Below, one piece after another: positions 19,345 to 28,477 of a stretch of 37,147 nt of DNA. The translations under genes were made by a program, and so were the position numbers. Where the stretch lies: contig CALCQG010000129.1 of the NCBI GenBank assembly GCA_937897575.1, positions 1 through 37,147 on the forward strand, given 5' to 3'. This DNA comes from an uncultured Synergistales bacterium (GTDB lineage: Bacteria; Synergistota; Synergistia; Synergistales; Aminobacteriaceae). The first letter of the stretch is position 1, and the number at the start of each line of letters is the position of its first letter. A model generated the notes under the pieces. The model worked only from the letters and a program-made list of their open reading frames with translations, had not been told where the DNA came from and made no database searches.

Positions 19345-21219
19345 ATGGATTTCCCCGAGTTTGCTGACGGGATGTGGCCGCTGCTCACGGGAGCGAAGCG
19401 TCCCTCCCGGTACGTCGGATGCGAGTATGGCACTCTTCCCGAGAAAGGGGGGGAGCGCCCTGTTTGGATGTGCCTCGCCTTTCCCGACACCTACGAGATC
19501 GGCATGAGCTATCTGGGCTTTCAGATATTGTACTTCCTCGTCAAGAGCCTGCCCTACGCCGACGTGGACCGCGTCTACTGCCCATGGCCCGACCTCGAGG
19601 AGCTCCTTCGGGCCCGAAGTCTCCCTCTTTCGTCCATCGAGAACGGCAGACCCGTCGGCCAGTTCGACCTCGTCGGCTTTACCCTCCAGTACGAATTGAG
19701 CTATACGAACGTCCTGACCATGCTCGACCTCGCCGGCATACCCCTCCTGTCCGAGGAGCGCGGAGAGAAGGACCCCCTCATCTGCGCGGGAGGCCCGGGT
19801 GCCTTGACGCCCGAACCGCTCGCTCCCTTCGTCGATTTCTTCTGCCTGGGCGATGGTGAGGAGCTGCTGGCCGAGGTCCTGAAGGTCCTCTCCGAAACGA
19901 AGGGGGCGACCCGGCAGGATCGCCTGTCCGCCCTGTCGGAGGTAGAGGGCGTCTACGTCCCCGCTTTTGTCGACTACTGCCCGCACCCCGACGAGGGCGG
20001 CCGATTTCTGTGGAAGCGCTCGAACAAGGATGTCCCCCTCTTTCAGAGGAGAGCCGTGCAGTGCCTCGACAGCGCCTTCTCTCCGGAGATGCTGCTCGTC
20101 CCCTCGGCGGGGATCGTCCACGATCGTATCCCCATCGAACTTTTCAGAGGCTGCACGCGTGGGTGCCGGTTCTGTCAGGCCGGAATGGTCACCCGCCCCG
20201 TCCGGGAACGATCGCCCGATTCTCTCGTGGAGAGGGCTCGCCTGCTCGTCGACAGGACGGGCTGGGAAGAGCTCGGCCTCCTGTCCCTCGCGTCCTGTGA
20301 CTACAGCCATGTGGTGCCCCTGATCCGGTCGCTCACGTCGGCCCTTGCCGACAGAAACGTCAAGATCAGCCTCCCCAGCCTCAGAATGGACGCCTTCTCC
20401 GTGCTCCTTGCCGCCGAAATGGAGTCCATGCGCAGAGGGGGCTTGACCTTCGCCCCCGAGGCGGGGACGCAGCGGCTGCGGGACGTGATCAACAAGGGCG
20501 TCACGGAAGAGGACTTCGACGTCTGTCTCGAGACGGCGCTCTCCAAGGGGTGGGACAGGATCAAGCTCTATTTCATGATGGGACTCCCGGGCGAGACGGA
20601 CAAGGATCTGGAGGGGATCGTCGACCTGGCCGAGCGGGCGTTCGCCATCGGCCGACGAAACAGAAAGAAGCCCCGTATCGCCCTCTCTGTCGCCGGCTTC
20701 GTGCCGAAGGCCCATACGCCCTTCCAGTGGGAGCGCCAGTCGACGGTCGAGGAACTCCGCGCCAAGGGACGCTTTCTGAAGGGGTTGGCCATGTCCAGAC
20801 AGGGAGGAAAAAACAACCGTCTGTCCCTGAAGTACCACGAGCCGGAACAGACGGTCCTGGAAGGGGTCTTCGCCAGAGGCGACCGCGCCCTTGCCCCTGT
20901 TCTCCTCGAGGCGTGGAGGAGGGGTGCCCGTTTCGACGGGTGGAGCGAGACCTTTTCGTACGACCTGTGGATGGACGCCTTCGACCGGACGGGCATCGAC
21001 CCCGCGCGATACGCCCACAGGCAGCGGACGAAGAACGAAGGGCTCCCCTGGGACCACATCGCCGCGGGCGTGTCGAAGAGCTTCCTCTGGCGCGAGAAGG
21101 AGAAGGCGGACCGGGGGCTCCTCTCGCCGGACTGCCGACCCCACGGGGTGGACCAGGGGGCGACCTGTCACGGATGCGGCGCCGTCGCCTGCCCCCTCGC
21201 CCCGGGGCAGAGAGGGTGA
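19345..21219 (+). CDS. TIGR03960-like B12-binding radical SAM protein
   Basis: P.RY.G.E, FPD.YEIGMS, GFTLQYELSYTN, RGCTRGCRFC, TFAPEAG, C-terminal Cys cluster; SD GGAGGA before ATG 19345. Confidence 0.9.
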   Translation: MDFPEFADGMWPLLTGAKRPSRYVGCEYGTLPEKGGERPVWMCLAFPDTYEIGMSYLGFQILYFLVKSLPYADVDRVYCPWPDLEELLRARSLPLSSIENGRPVGQFDLVGFTLQYELSYTNVLTMLDLAGIPLLSEERGEKDPLICAGGPGALTPEPLAPFVDFFCLGDGEELLAEVLKVLSETKGATRQDRLSALSEVEGVYVPAFVDYCPHPDEGGRFLWKRSNKDVPLFQRRAVQCLDSAFSPEMLLVPSAGIVHDRIPIELFRGCTRGCRFCQAGMVTRPVRERSPDSLVERARLLVDRTGWEELGLLSLASCDYSHVVPLIRSLTSALADRNVKISLPSLRMDAFSVLLAAEMESMRRGGLTFAPEAGTQRLRDVINKGVTEEDFDVCLETALSKGWDRIKLYFMMGLPGETDKDLEGIVDLAERAFAIGRRNRKKPRIALSVAGFVPKAHTPFQWERQSTVEELRAKGRFLKGLAMSRQGGKNNRLSLKYHEPEQTVLEGVFARGDRALAPVLLEAWRRGARFDGWSETFSYDLWMDAFDRTGIDPARYAHRQRTKNEGLPWDHIAAGVSKSFLWREKEKADRGLLSPDCRPHGVDQGATCHGCGAVACPLAPGQRG

Positions 21220-21223
21220 TCCC

Positions 21224-21889
21224 ATGCGACTGAGGCTCACCTACTCGAAGCGCGGACGCGCCTGTTTCATCCCGCACATTGCAATCCCCTCCGTCTTTGC
21301 GCGGAGCGGAGCGAGGGCTTCGGTTCCTTTTCAGCTCTCCGAAGGGTTCACCCCCCGGCCGAGGATCAGCCTCGGGCCGGAGCTCCCCGTAGGGATTCCC
21401 GCCCTTTCGGAGCCCTTCGAGGCCTGGGTGCACTCCTTCGACCAGGAGATGCTGCGCCGATGGGATGAGTGCCTCCCCCCCGGATTCTCCCTCACTGGAG
21501 GGTACGAGGTCCCCGAGGGCTCGCCCGGCGAGGCGAGGGCTCTGAGCAAGCATTGCGAGGCCGCCTCCTGCCTGCTGGCCATACGGGGCGAGACATCGCC
21601 CTCACCCCGGCTCGCGGCCTGCCTGGAAGGACTTCGGGACGCGGGGGAGATCCTCTCCGTCACGTCGGCGTTCATGGGCGATCGTCCCTGTCTTCGGTGC
21701 ATCGTCGAGACGCCGTCGAAGAGAGGTCCGACCCTCCTCGTCAAACCCCTCGTCGAGGAGGGTATCGTCGAGGGGTGGGGCGACATCCTGCTCGTCCGGG
21801 AAGCCGTGGGGCGCCTCGTCCGAGGCGCGGCGGAGGGAGCGGAGTACGGGGTCGTCCCCCTCTCCTCCCCGACGGACGAGCATCGGTGA
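21224..21889 (+). CDS. TIGR03936/DUF2344-like radical SAM-associated protein
   Basis: R....SK.G...FI.H...F.R...RA..P...S.GF.P.P..S....LP.G pattern; directly follows the radical SAM gene. Confidence 0.8.
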   Translation: MRLRLTYSKRGRACFIPHIAIPSVFARSGARASVPFQLSEGFTPRPRISLGPELPVGIPALSEPFEAWVHSFDQEMLRRWDECLPPGFSLTGGYEVPEGSPGEARALSKHCEAASCLLAIRGETSPSPRLAACLEGLRDAGEILSVTSAFMGDRPCLRCIVETPSKRGPTLLVKPLVEEGIVEGWGDILLVREAVGRLVRGAAEGAEYGVVPLSSPTDEHR

Positions 21890-21925
21890 GGGAGAAATTC
21901 GGAAGAGACCAAGGAGGACCTTTTT

Positions 21926-23437
21926 GTGTCCGAAAAACGATCTGTTATTGACCGGAAAATCATAGCCAACTGCATCGACACCGAGGAGACGAGGGTCGCC
22001 ATATGGGAGGACGGGCGGCTGGCGGAGCTCTTCGTCGAACGCATGTGGGAACGGCAGAAGGCGGGGGAGATATACAAGGCGAGGATCGACACCGTCCTTC
22101 CCGGAATCCACGCCGCCTTCGTGAACATCGGTGACGGACGGAACGCCTTCCTCTATCTGAACGACGCCCGCGGCCTGCACCTCGAGCCGAACCAGGAGGT
22201 CGTGGTCCAGGTCATAAAGACGGCGCGCAAAAACAAGGGCGCGCGAGTGACGACGCGCCTCTCCCTCCCGGGGCGGTATGCGGTGCTCGTCCCCGGAGGG
22301 CAGGAGTCGGGCGTCTCAAAGCGCATCACGGACGACGAGGAGCGCAAACGCCTGAAGGCCCTCGCGAAAGAGCTCCGCGGGCCCGGGCACGGCATCATCA
22401 TCCGGACGGCGGCCGAGGGTGTCGACTCAGAGGCCATCGCCCACGACGTGGAGTGGCTCCTCGCGCTCTGGAGGGAGATCGAGCACGACGGCGTAGTGCA
22501 GGCCGCCCCGTGCCTTCTGTACAAGGACATCGGACTCATCGGCCGGGTGCTCCGGGACGAATTGACGCGCCAGGTCTCCGAGATCATCGTGGACGGCGAG
22601 GAGGAGTACCGGAACGTCCGGGAGCATCTTCCCGGGCTCTGCGGCGCCCCCCTCCCGGAGGTCACGCTGTACACCGGCACGACGCCTCTCTTCGAGTACT
22701 ACTCCATAGAGCGGGAGATCGAGGCGGCCCTCGAACGGAAGGTATGGCTGAAGTCGGGGGCATATCTGGTGATCGACCATACGGAGGCCCTCACCGTCGT
22801 CGATGTGAATACGGGAAAGTACATCGGCACGACGGACCTCCGCCACACGGTGCTCGAGACGAATCTCGAGGCGGCCGCCCAGATCGCCCGGCAGCTCCGC
22901 CTTCGGGCCATCGGCGGCATCATCGTCATCGACTTCATCGACATGGACTTCGAGGAGGATCGGTCTCAGCTGCTCCATCGCCTCGAGGACGCGTTCCAGC
23001 ACGACCGGTACCGGGCGAAGATCTTCGGCGTCTCCCAGCTGGGGCTCGTGGAGATCACCCGGAAGAGAGCGAGATCCGACATCCGCTCCACCCTCACGCG
23101 AAACTGCCCGGCCTGCGCCGGAACGGGGCTCGTCCTCCGGGAGGACACCATCGCCATGTCCATGAAACGGTTCCTGCGAAAGGTGTCCATGGCCAACAAA
23201 TCGGAGGCCTTTCTCATCGAGGCGCACCCATCCGTCGCCCAGTACGTCCGGGAGACCTACGTTCCCCTCTGGGGCGAGGAGCTGGGGAAGGAGATCTTCG
23301 TCGCCGAGGTCCCCGAGTTCGCCTGGAACAAATTCCGCCTCGACGTCCAGGGCAGCGTCGAGCAGGTCGAACGGCGGGTAGAGCAGATGGAGAAGAGGGA
23401 GGCCTGCATCGTTGTTCATCGACCGCCTTCGCGTTAA
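21926..23437 (+). CDS. rng: Ribonuclease E/G family
   Basis: S1 domain G.IYK.R...VLPG..AAFVNIG, K...K.ARVT, IIRT, TEALTVVDVNTG, LRLR.IGGIIVIDFIDM, CP.C.G.G. Confidence 0.95.
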   Translation: MSEKRSVIDRKIIANCIDTEETRVAIWEDGRLAELFVERMWERQKAGEIYKARIDTVLPGIHAAFVNIGDGRNAFLYLNDARGLHLEPNQEVVVQVIKTARKNKGARVTTRLSLPGRYAVLVPGGQESGVSKRITDDEERKRLKALAKELRGPGHGIIIRTAAEGVDSEAIAHDVEWLLALWREIEHDGVVQAAPCLLYKDIGLIGRVLRDELTRQVSEIIVDGEEEYRNVREHLPGLCGAPLPEVTLYTGTTPLFEYYSIEREIEAALERKVWLKSGAYLVIDHTEALTVVDVNTGKYIGTTDLRHTVLETNLEAAAQIARQLRLRAIGGIIVIDFIDMDFEEDRSQLLHRLEDAFQHDRYRAKIFGVSQLGLVEITRKRARSDIRSTLTRNCPACAGTGLVLREDTIAMSMKRFLRKVSMANKSEAFLIEAHPSVAQYVRETYVPLWGEELGKEIFVAEVPEFAWNKFRLDVQGSVEQVERRVEQMEKREACIVVHRPPSR

Positions 23438-26400
23438 GGGGTTCAAGAGCTTCGGGCTCCCCCAGGATCTGGTCTTTTCCCCGGGGCTGACGGCCATCGT
23501 GGGGCCGAACGGAAGCGGGAAGAGCAACCTCCTCGACGCCCTCCGATGGGTGTTGGGCGAAAACGGGACCCAGCGCCTGAGAATCGTGAAACAGAGCGAC
23601 CTGCTGTTCTCGGGGAGCGCGAGCGTCCCCTCCTCCGACAGGGCCGAGGTGACCCTCTCCATCCGGGACCGGGAGGGGGAGGGCAATCAGTCCTGTTCAG
23701 TGACGCGCTGCTATGCCCTCGAAACGGGGACGGTCCTCACCGTGGACGGCATGAGGATGCGCCTCTCCGACCTTCAGGAGGTCAAACGTCTCTGGCATCT
23801 CGAAGGGGACCAATTCGCCTTCATCAGCCAGGGTGAGGTGGCGGAGGTCATCCGCCAGCGCCCATCGCAGCGGCGCGCGCAGCTTGAAACCCTGTTCGGG
23901 ATCGACCAGTACCGGACGAAACGGAACGAGACCTCCATGAAACTTGCCGCCGCAGAGGAAGAGGGCCTTCGTCTGGGAGCCCTCCTCGCTGAACTGGAAA
24001 ATAGGCGGCAAGAGATCGCCGGGGCCGTCCGCCGGGCCGAGAGGGCGAAAATACTGCGCGACAGGCTGGAGGAGAACAGGCGAGTGCACTATCACGCCCG
24101 CCGTTTCCTGCTCGAGGAACAAGGGCGCTCCATCGAGGGGGATATGGTCGCTCTCGGAAGGCGAGGAGATGCGACGGCACGATGGCTGCGCCTCTGGACC
24201 TCCATGGACGACAGGGCCCGGCGGGAAAACACGGACCGCGCACGAGAAATGGCGCTGCTGGCTGAGGAGTGTGATGCCATCACCGGAAGGCGGTCGGAGT
24301 TCCGCAGGATGTGCTTCGCCGCTGCATCGACGATACGGGAGATACAGTCCAGATTCCGATCGATCCGGACGGAGCGGAGCGCCGCAACGGCTTCTCTTGG
24401 CGAAGTCCAGAGAGAGTCCGATGAAATTCTCACCCGCGAGAAGGGGCTGAGCGAGGAGAGCGCCTCTCTCGCCCTCCGGCAGCGGGAGCTCGAACAAAAG
24501 TCCTCGGCTCTTCAGCGGGAACTGGAGAGACGGCGCAGGGAGGAACAGTCGGCCAGGGAGCGTTCAACCGCTCTTGCCGCGGAGCGGGATATCCTTCGCA
24601 CCAAGCTGTCGTCGAGAAAGGCGTTCCTCGAGTCCTGCTCCCGGGACATCGTGAAAGCTCATGCGGACATGGAGTCCGCATCGGCCTCCGTGACGCTTTT
24701 CAAGGAAGAGCTCACCCTTCTTGAGGCCAGGGAGGAGGAACAGAGGGAGCACAGCAGAGCCGCGGCCGCCCGGAGCAGAGGCACGATCGCCCTGCTGCAG
24801 CGGACCAGGAAGGAACAGCACCTTCTGGAGGAGCGGTACGAGGACCTCCAGGCGCGGGAGAGCTCCTCCTACCCGGAGCCCGTCCGTTTTCTCGTCTCCG
24901 CCGCGCGGCTCGGCAAGACGGCGATCCCCATGATGGTCGCCCTCGAGTCCTTCACATGCCCTCCCCGTATCGCTTCGGCCCTCGAGGCCTACCTGGGCGG
25001 CCGACAGCACTGGGTTTTCGTCCGAACGACCGAGGACGCCGGCCGCCTGATAGACATGCTGAAGAGACAGCCCATGGGTCGGGTGACCTTTCTTCCCCTC
25101 GACCGCGCCCGCCCTCGTTCACCCGACAGACGGACCTTTCTGCCCGGCCACGGCGTGGTGGGGTGGGCGGACGACCTGATCGTCGCGGACCGGGAGTGGA
25201 ACGACGCCGTCCGCCACATCCTCGGCGACCTGCTGCTGCTCGAAGGGTACGATACGGGGGCGGAGCTCGTCCGGAAAAAGGCCCCCTTCCCCATGGTCAC
25301 CCTCGACGGGGAGGTCTTCGCCCCGTCGGGGACCATCAGCGGCGGCCGAAGCAAAAGTGCCGGCGGGGCGATCGAACGACGGCACCAGATACGGGCTGTT
25401 GGCGAACAGCTCTCCGCTTCCCGGCAGGAGGTGGAGCGCCTCACGGGTCAGTTGGCGGACGAGGAGCGCCTGGAACAGGAGAGCCTGGCGGAGAGAGAGC
25501 GGCGGACCGTCGCGACGGCGGAAAAACGCAATGCCCTCCGCGAGGCCGAACGAGCCCGGGCCTTCGAGATGGAACGGTCGCTCCGCCTGAAGGAGGAGGA
25601 GGCGCGCTGCTCCGCAGAGATAGAGAGTGGAGAGCGTGCCCTCGCCTCGCTGGAGGAGGAGATTCAGGCCCTCTCTCAGGGGCAGACCAGTGGACCGGGG
25701 ACCGAGGAGGGGAGCGACATCCTCGCCCATCTCGACGAGGTGACGCGGCAGGCCGCCCTCGCCGAGGAGCGACTGTCCAGCGTCCGGGCCGTTCAGTCCA
25801 GGGTGCAGGGCGAGATGGCCAGGTGGGCGGAACGTGTCCGCCTCCTGGAGGACGAGGAGGCTCAGGTCCTCCGGAGGGAGGCCGACGAAAAGAAGAAGCT
25901 TTCGCTCTGGGGCAAGGAGCAGCTCGGCCTCGTCACGCAGTACGGCGAGAAGATGAGCGCGCTGACGGCCCTGCGGACGGGAGAGGCGGCCGCAGAACGC
26001 CGCCTTGACCGTCTGACGGCTCGCCTCAAGGCGGCTGCTTCGGCGGCGAATGCCGACCGCGAAGCCCTTGAGACCGTCCTGCGCCGGAAAGAGGCGATCG
26101 AACAGGAGCTTCGGCAGATCATCGACCTCTGGGAGGATCAGTTCCCCTACGGCGGAGCCTCCCCCTGTTCGGAGCGCGACGGGGAGGCCGTCGCGGCGAC
26201 ATGCCGCCGCCTGGAACGAGAGTTCAAAGCGCTCGGCGACGTGGACTGGGGTGCCCTGTCGGAGGATCAGTCCCTTGCGAAGCGAACGGCCTTTCTTTCG
26301 GCACAGCTCGACGACGCGAAGAACGCCATCGTCGAGCTCAAAGGCATTCTGGCCGACACGGACCGAACGGTCGGCGCGCTGTTCGTCGACGCCATGACGA

Positions 26401-26885
26401 GCATCAACCGGACCTTCGACGCCCTCTTCCGCCGCCTCTTTGACGGCGGCGAAGCCCGGTTGCGGATGCAGGACACCGGTGACGACGACGATGCACCGCC
26501 GTCTGCCCCGTGGGACAGAGGCGTGGAGATCGTGGCGCGCCCGCCCGGCAAACACCTTCAGAACCTCGCCCAGCTCTCCGGTGGGGAGCAGACGCTCACG
26601 GCCATAGCCCACCTCTTCGCCTCCATGGAGGTGGCGGGCGTCCCGCTGGCCGTCCTCGACGAGGTGGATGCCTCCCTGGACGAGCCGAACCTTCTGCGTT
26701 TCGGCGAACTGGCCAGGGAGTACGCGGCGGGGAGGGGGTTGCAGCTCATCGTGATGACCCACAGACGGGCGACGATGGAGCGGGCCGATGTCCTCTACGG
26801 CGTCACCCTCGATGAGCCGGGGCTTTCGAAGGCCCTGGGTCTTCAGATGAGCGAGTGGACCGGAGAGGAGCGGGAGGAGCCATGA
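23412..26885 (+). CDS. smc: Chromosome segregation protein SMC
   Basis: GFKSF, Walker A GPNGSGKSN, hinge GRVTFLPL and VTLDG....SG.ISGG, LSGGE, LDEVDA.LD; TTG start with GGGAGG. Confidence 0.95.
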   Translation: MFIDRLRVKGFKSFGLPQDLVFSPGLTAIVGPNGSGKSNLLDALRWVLGENGTQRLRIVKQSDLLFSGSASVPSSDRAEVTLSIRDREGEGNQSCSVTRCYALETGTVLTVDGMRMRLSDLQEVKRLWHLEGDQFAFISQGEVAEVIRQRPSQRRAQLETLFGIDQYRTKRNETSMKLAAAEEEGLRLGALLAELENRRQEIAGAVRRAERAKILRDRLEENRRVHYHARRFLLEEQGRSIEGDMVALGRRGDATARWLRLWTSMDDRARRENTDRAREMALLAEECDAITGRRSEFRRMCFAAASTIREIQSRFRSIRTERSAATASLGEVQRESDEILTREKGLSEESASLALRQRELEQKSSALQRELERRRREEQSARERSTALAAERDILRTKLSSRKAFLESCSRDIVKAHADMESASASVTLFKEELTLLEAREEEQREHSRAAAARSRGTIALLQRTRKEQHLLEERYEDLQARESSSYPEPVRFLVSAARLGKTAIPMMVALESFTCPPRIASALEAYLGGRQHWVFVRTTEDAGRLIDMLKRQPMGRVTFLPLDRARPRSPDRRTFLPGHGVVGWADDLIVADREWNDAVRHILGDLLLLEGYDTGAELVRKKAPFPMVTLDGEVFAPSGTISGGRSKSAGGAIERRHQIRAVGEQLSASRQEVERLTGQLADEERLEQESLAERERRTVATAEKRNALREAERARAFEMERSLRLKEEEARCSAEIESGERALASLEEEIQALSQGQTSGPGTEEGSDILAHLDEVTRQAALAEERLSSVRAVQSRVQGEMARWAERVRLLEDEEAQVLRREADEKKKLSLWGKEQLGLVTQYGEKMSALTALRTGEAAAERRLDRLTARLKAAASAANADREALETVLRRKEAIEQELRQIIDLWEDQFPYGGASPCSERDGEAVAATCRRLEREFKALGDVDWGALSEDQSLAKRTAFLSAQLDDAKNAIVELKGILADTDRTVGALFVDAMTSINRTFDALFRRLFDGGEARLRMQDTGDDDDAPPSAPWDRGVEIVARPPGKHLQNLAQLSGGEQTLTAIAHLFASMEVAGVPLAVLDEVDASLDEPNLLRFGELAREYAAGRGLQLIVMTHRRATMERADVLYGVTLDEPGLSKALGLQMSEWTGEEREEP

Positions 26886-27646
26886 ACGGAACGTCGCGGG
26901 ACGACATTCTCTACGGCGCCCTCTCTCTCGAACAGCCGGAGTCGGGGCCGAGGGTCACCACGGATACCATCCTCCTCGCCGCCTACGTGCGGAACACCTT
27001 CGTCCGACGGGGGAAGGAGGCATCCCTTCTCGAGATGGGGTGCGCCTCGGGGGCCATTGCGCTGATCCTGGCCCTTCGCTTTCCCGAGATCCCCACCCTC
27101 CGGGGCATGGACATCCAGGGGGACCTCGTGGCCATGGCCCGAAGAAACGCTCGGAGGAACGGCCTGCACGACCGGCTCTCCTTTATGGAGGGTGACATCC
27201 GGCGCATTCGGGAGCACTTTCCGCCCCAGTCCTTCCGAGCCGTCGTCATGAACCCCCCCTATGAAGAGCCGGGACGGGGCCGCCCATGCGCCTCGGAGAC
27301 GGCGCAGACCGCCCGTCAGGGGGGCACCTGTTCCATCGGGGACGTGGCGGACGCCGCGCACTACCTTCTGGGCAGCCATGGACGGTTGTACCTCGTCTTC
27401 AAGGCCGAACGGGCCTCCGAGGTCCTGACGACCCTGACGAGCCGGAAGATCGAGCCCAAACGCCTCCGCTTCGTCCACCCCAAACCCGGTAGGAGGGCCT
27501 CCGTATTCCTCGTGGACTCCATCCGGGGCGGGCGTCCGGGGCTGGTCGTGGAGCCGCCGCTCTTCATCGAGAAGGAGGAGGGCGGCTACACGGAAGACTT
27601 TCTGCGCGCCTACACGAAGGAGGGACTGTCGTGCCCCTCGCGATAG
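26882..27646 (+). CDS. SAM-dependent methyltransferase, tRNA1(Val) A37-N6 (YabB/TrmN6) family
   Basis: D..LLA, LEMGCASG, NPPY, AR, EPKRLRFVHP; upstream of rsmI. Confidence 0.85.
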   Translation: MNGTSRDDILYGALSLEQPESGPRVTTDTILLAAYVRNTFVRRGKEASLLEMGCASGAIALILALRFPEIPTLRGMDIQGDLVAMARRNARRNGLHDRLSFMEGDIRRIREHFPPQSFRAVVMNPPYEEPGRGRPCASETAQTARQGGTCSIGDVADAAHYLLGSHGRLYLVFKAERASEVLTTLTSRKIEPKRLRFVHPKPGRRASVFLVDSIRGGRPGLVVEPPLFIEKEEGGYTEDFLRAYTKEGLSCPSR

Positions 27647-28452
27647 TGCCGACCCCCGTGGGCAACCTCGGCGACATCACCGAACGCGCTCTTCGGGTTC
27701 TCCGGGAGGCCGACTGCATCGCCTGCGAAGACACGAGGACATCGCTGCCGCTGCTGCGCCACTTCGGCATCGCAAAGCCTCTGATCTCCTATCACGCCTT
27801 CAATGAAAAGAACAGGGCCGGACAGATCCTCGACCGCCTCCACGAAGGGCAGTCCGTCGTTCTCATCTCCGACGCCGGGACGCCGGGCATCTCGGACCCC
27901 GGGTACGAGATCATCAGACGGTGCATCGACGCCGGCATCGAGATCACCGTCCTCCCGGGCGCGACGGCCTTCGTGCCGGCCCTGATCCTGTCGGGGCTTC
28001 CGCCGTACCCCTTTCTCTTCTACGGCTTTCTGCCCGAGAAACAGGGCGAGCGGGAGACCGCCCTGCGCTCCCTGGCCGACTGCCCGTGGACCATGCTCTT
28101 CTATATGTCGCCCCATAAGGCGAAGCGGCAGACGGAGGACATCCTCCGTGTCCTGGGCGACAGGCGGGCGACCCTGGTCCGGGAGATCAGCAAAATCTAC
28201 GAGGAGGCGCGGCGGGGCACTCTCTCCTCTCTGATCGCAAGCCTCGAAGAGGGCGTCAGGGGCGAACTCGTCCTCGTGGTGGAGGGGCGAAAGAGCACCG
28301 TGCCCGGGGAGGCCTTTTGGAAGAAGGCCGCCGGGCGCCTTCTCGAAGACGGCCTCCCGACGAAGGAGGTTGTCAAAATCCTTTCCGAGGAGTATGGTGT
28401 ATCGAAAAACGCCGTCAAGTCCTTTCTTTTCGGACAGACCGAAGAGCAGTAA
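27631..28452 (+). CDS. rsmI: 16S rRNA C1402 2'-O-methyltransferase
   Basis: PTPVGNL.DIT.RA, ACEDTR, SDAGTPGISDPG, F.FYGFLP, REISK.YEE, RGE.VLV. Confidence 0.97.
   Translation: MPLAIVPTPVGNLGDITERALRVLREADCIACEDTRTSLPLLRHFGIAKPLISYHAFNEKNRAGQILDRLHEGQSVVLISDAGTPGISDPGYEIIRRCIDAGIEITVLPGATAFVPALILSGLPPYPFLFYGFLPEKQGERETALRSLADCPWTMLFYMSPHKAKRQTEDILRVLGDRRATLVREISKIYEEARRGTLSSLIASLEEGVRGELVLVVEGRKSTVPGEAFWKKAAGRLLEDGLPTKEVVKILSEEYGVSKNAVKSFLFGQTEEQ
28370..28398 (+). promoter_or_regulatory. Candidate metG promoter inside rsmI 3' end
   Basis: TTGTCA-17 bp-TATGGT about 80 bp upstream of the metG ATG. Confidence 0.4.
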
Positions 28453-28477
28453 TTTTGTGCACAGGAGGCGGGATACA

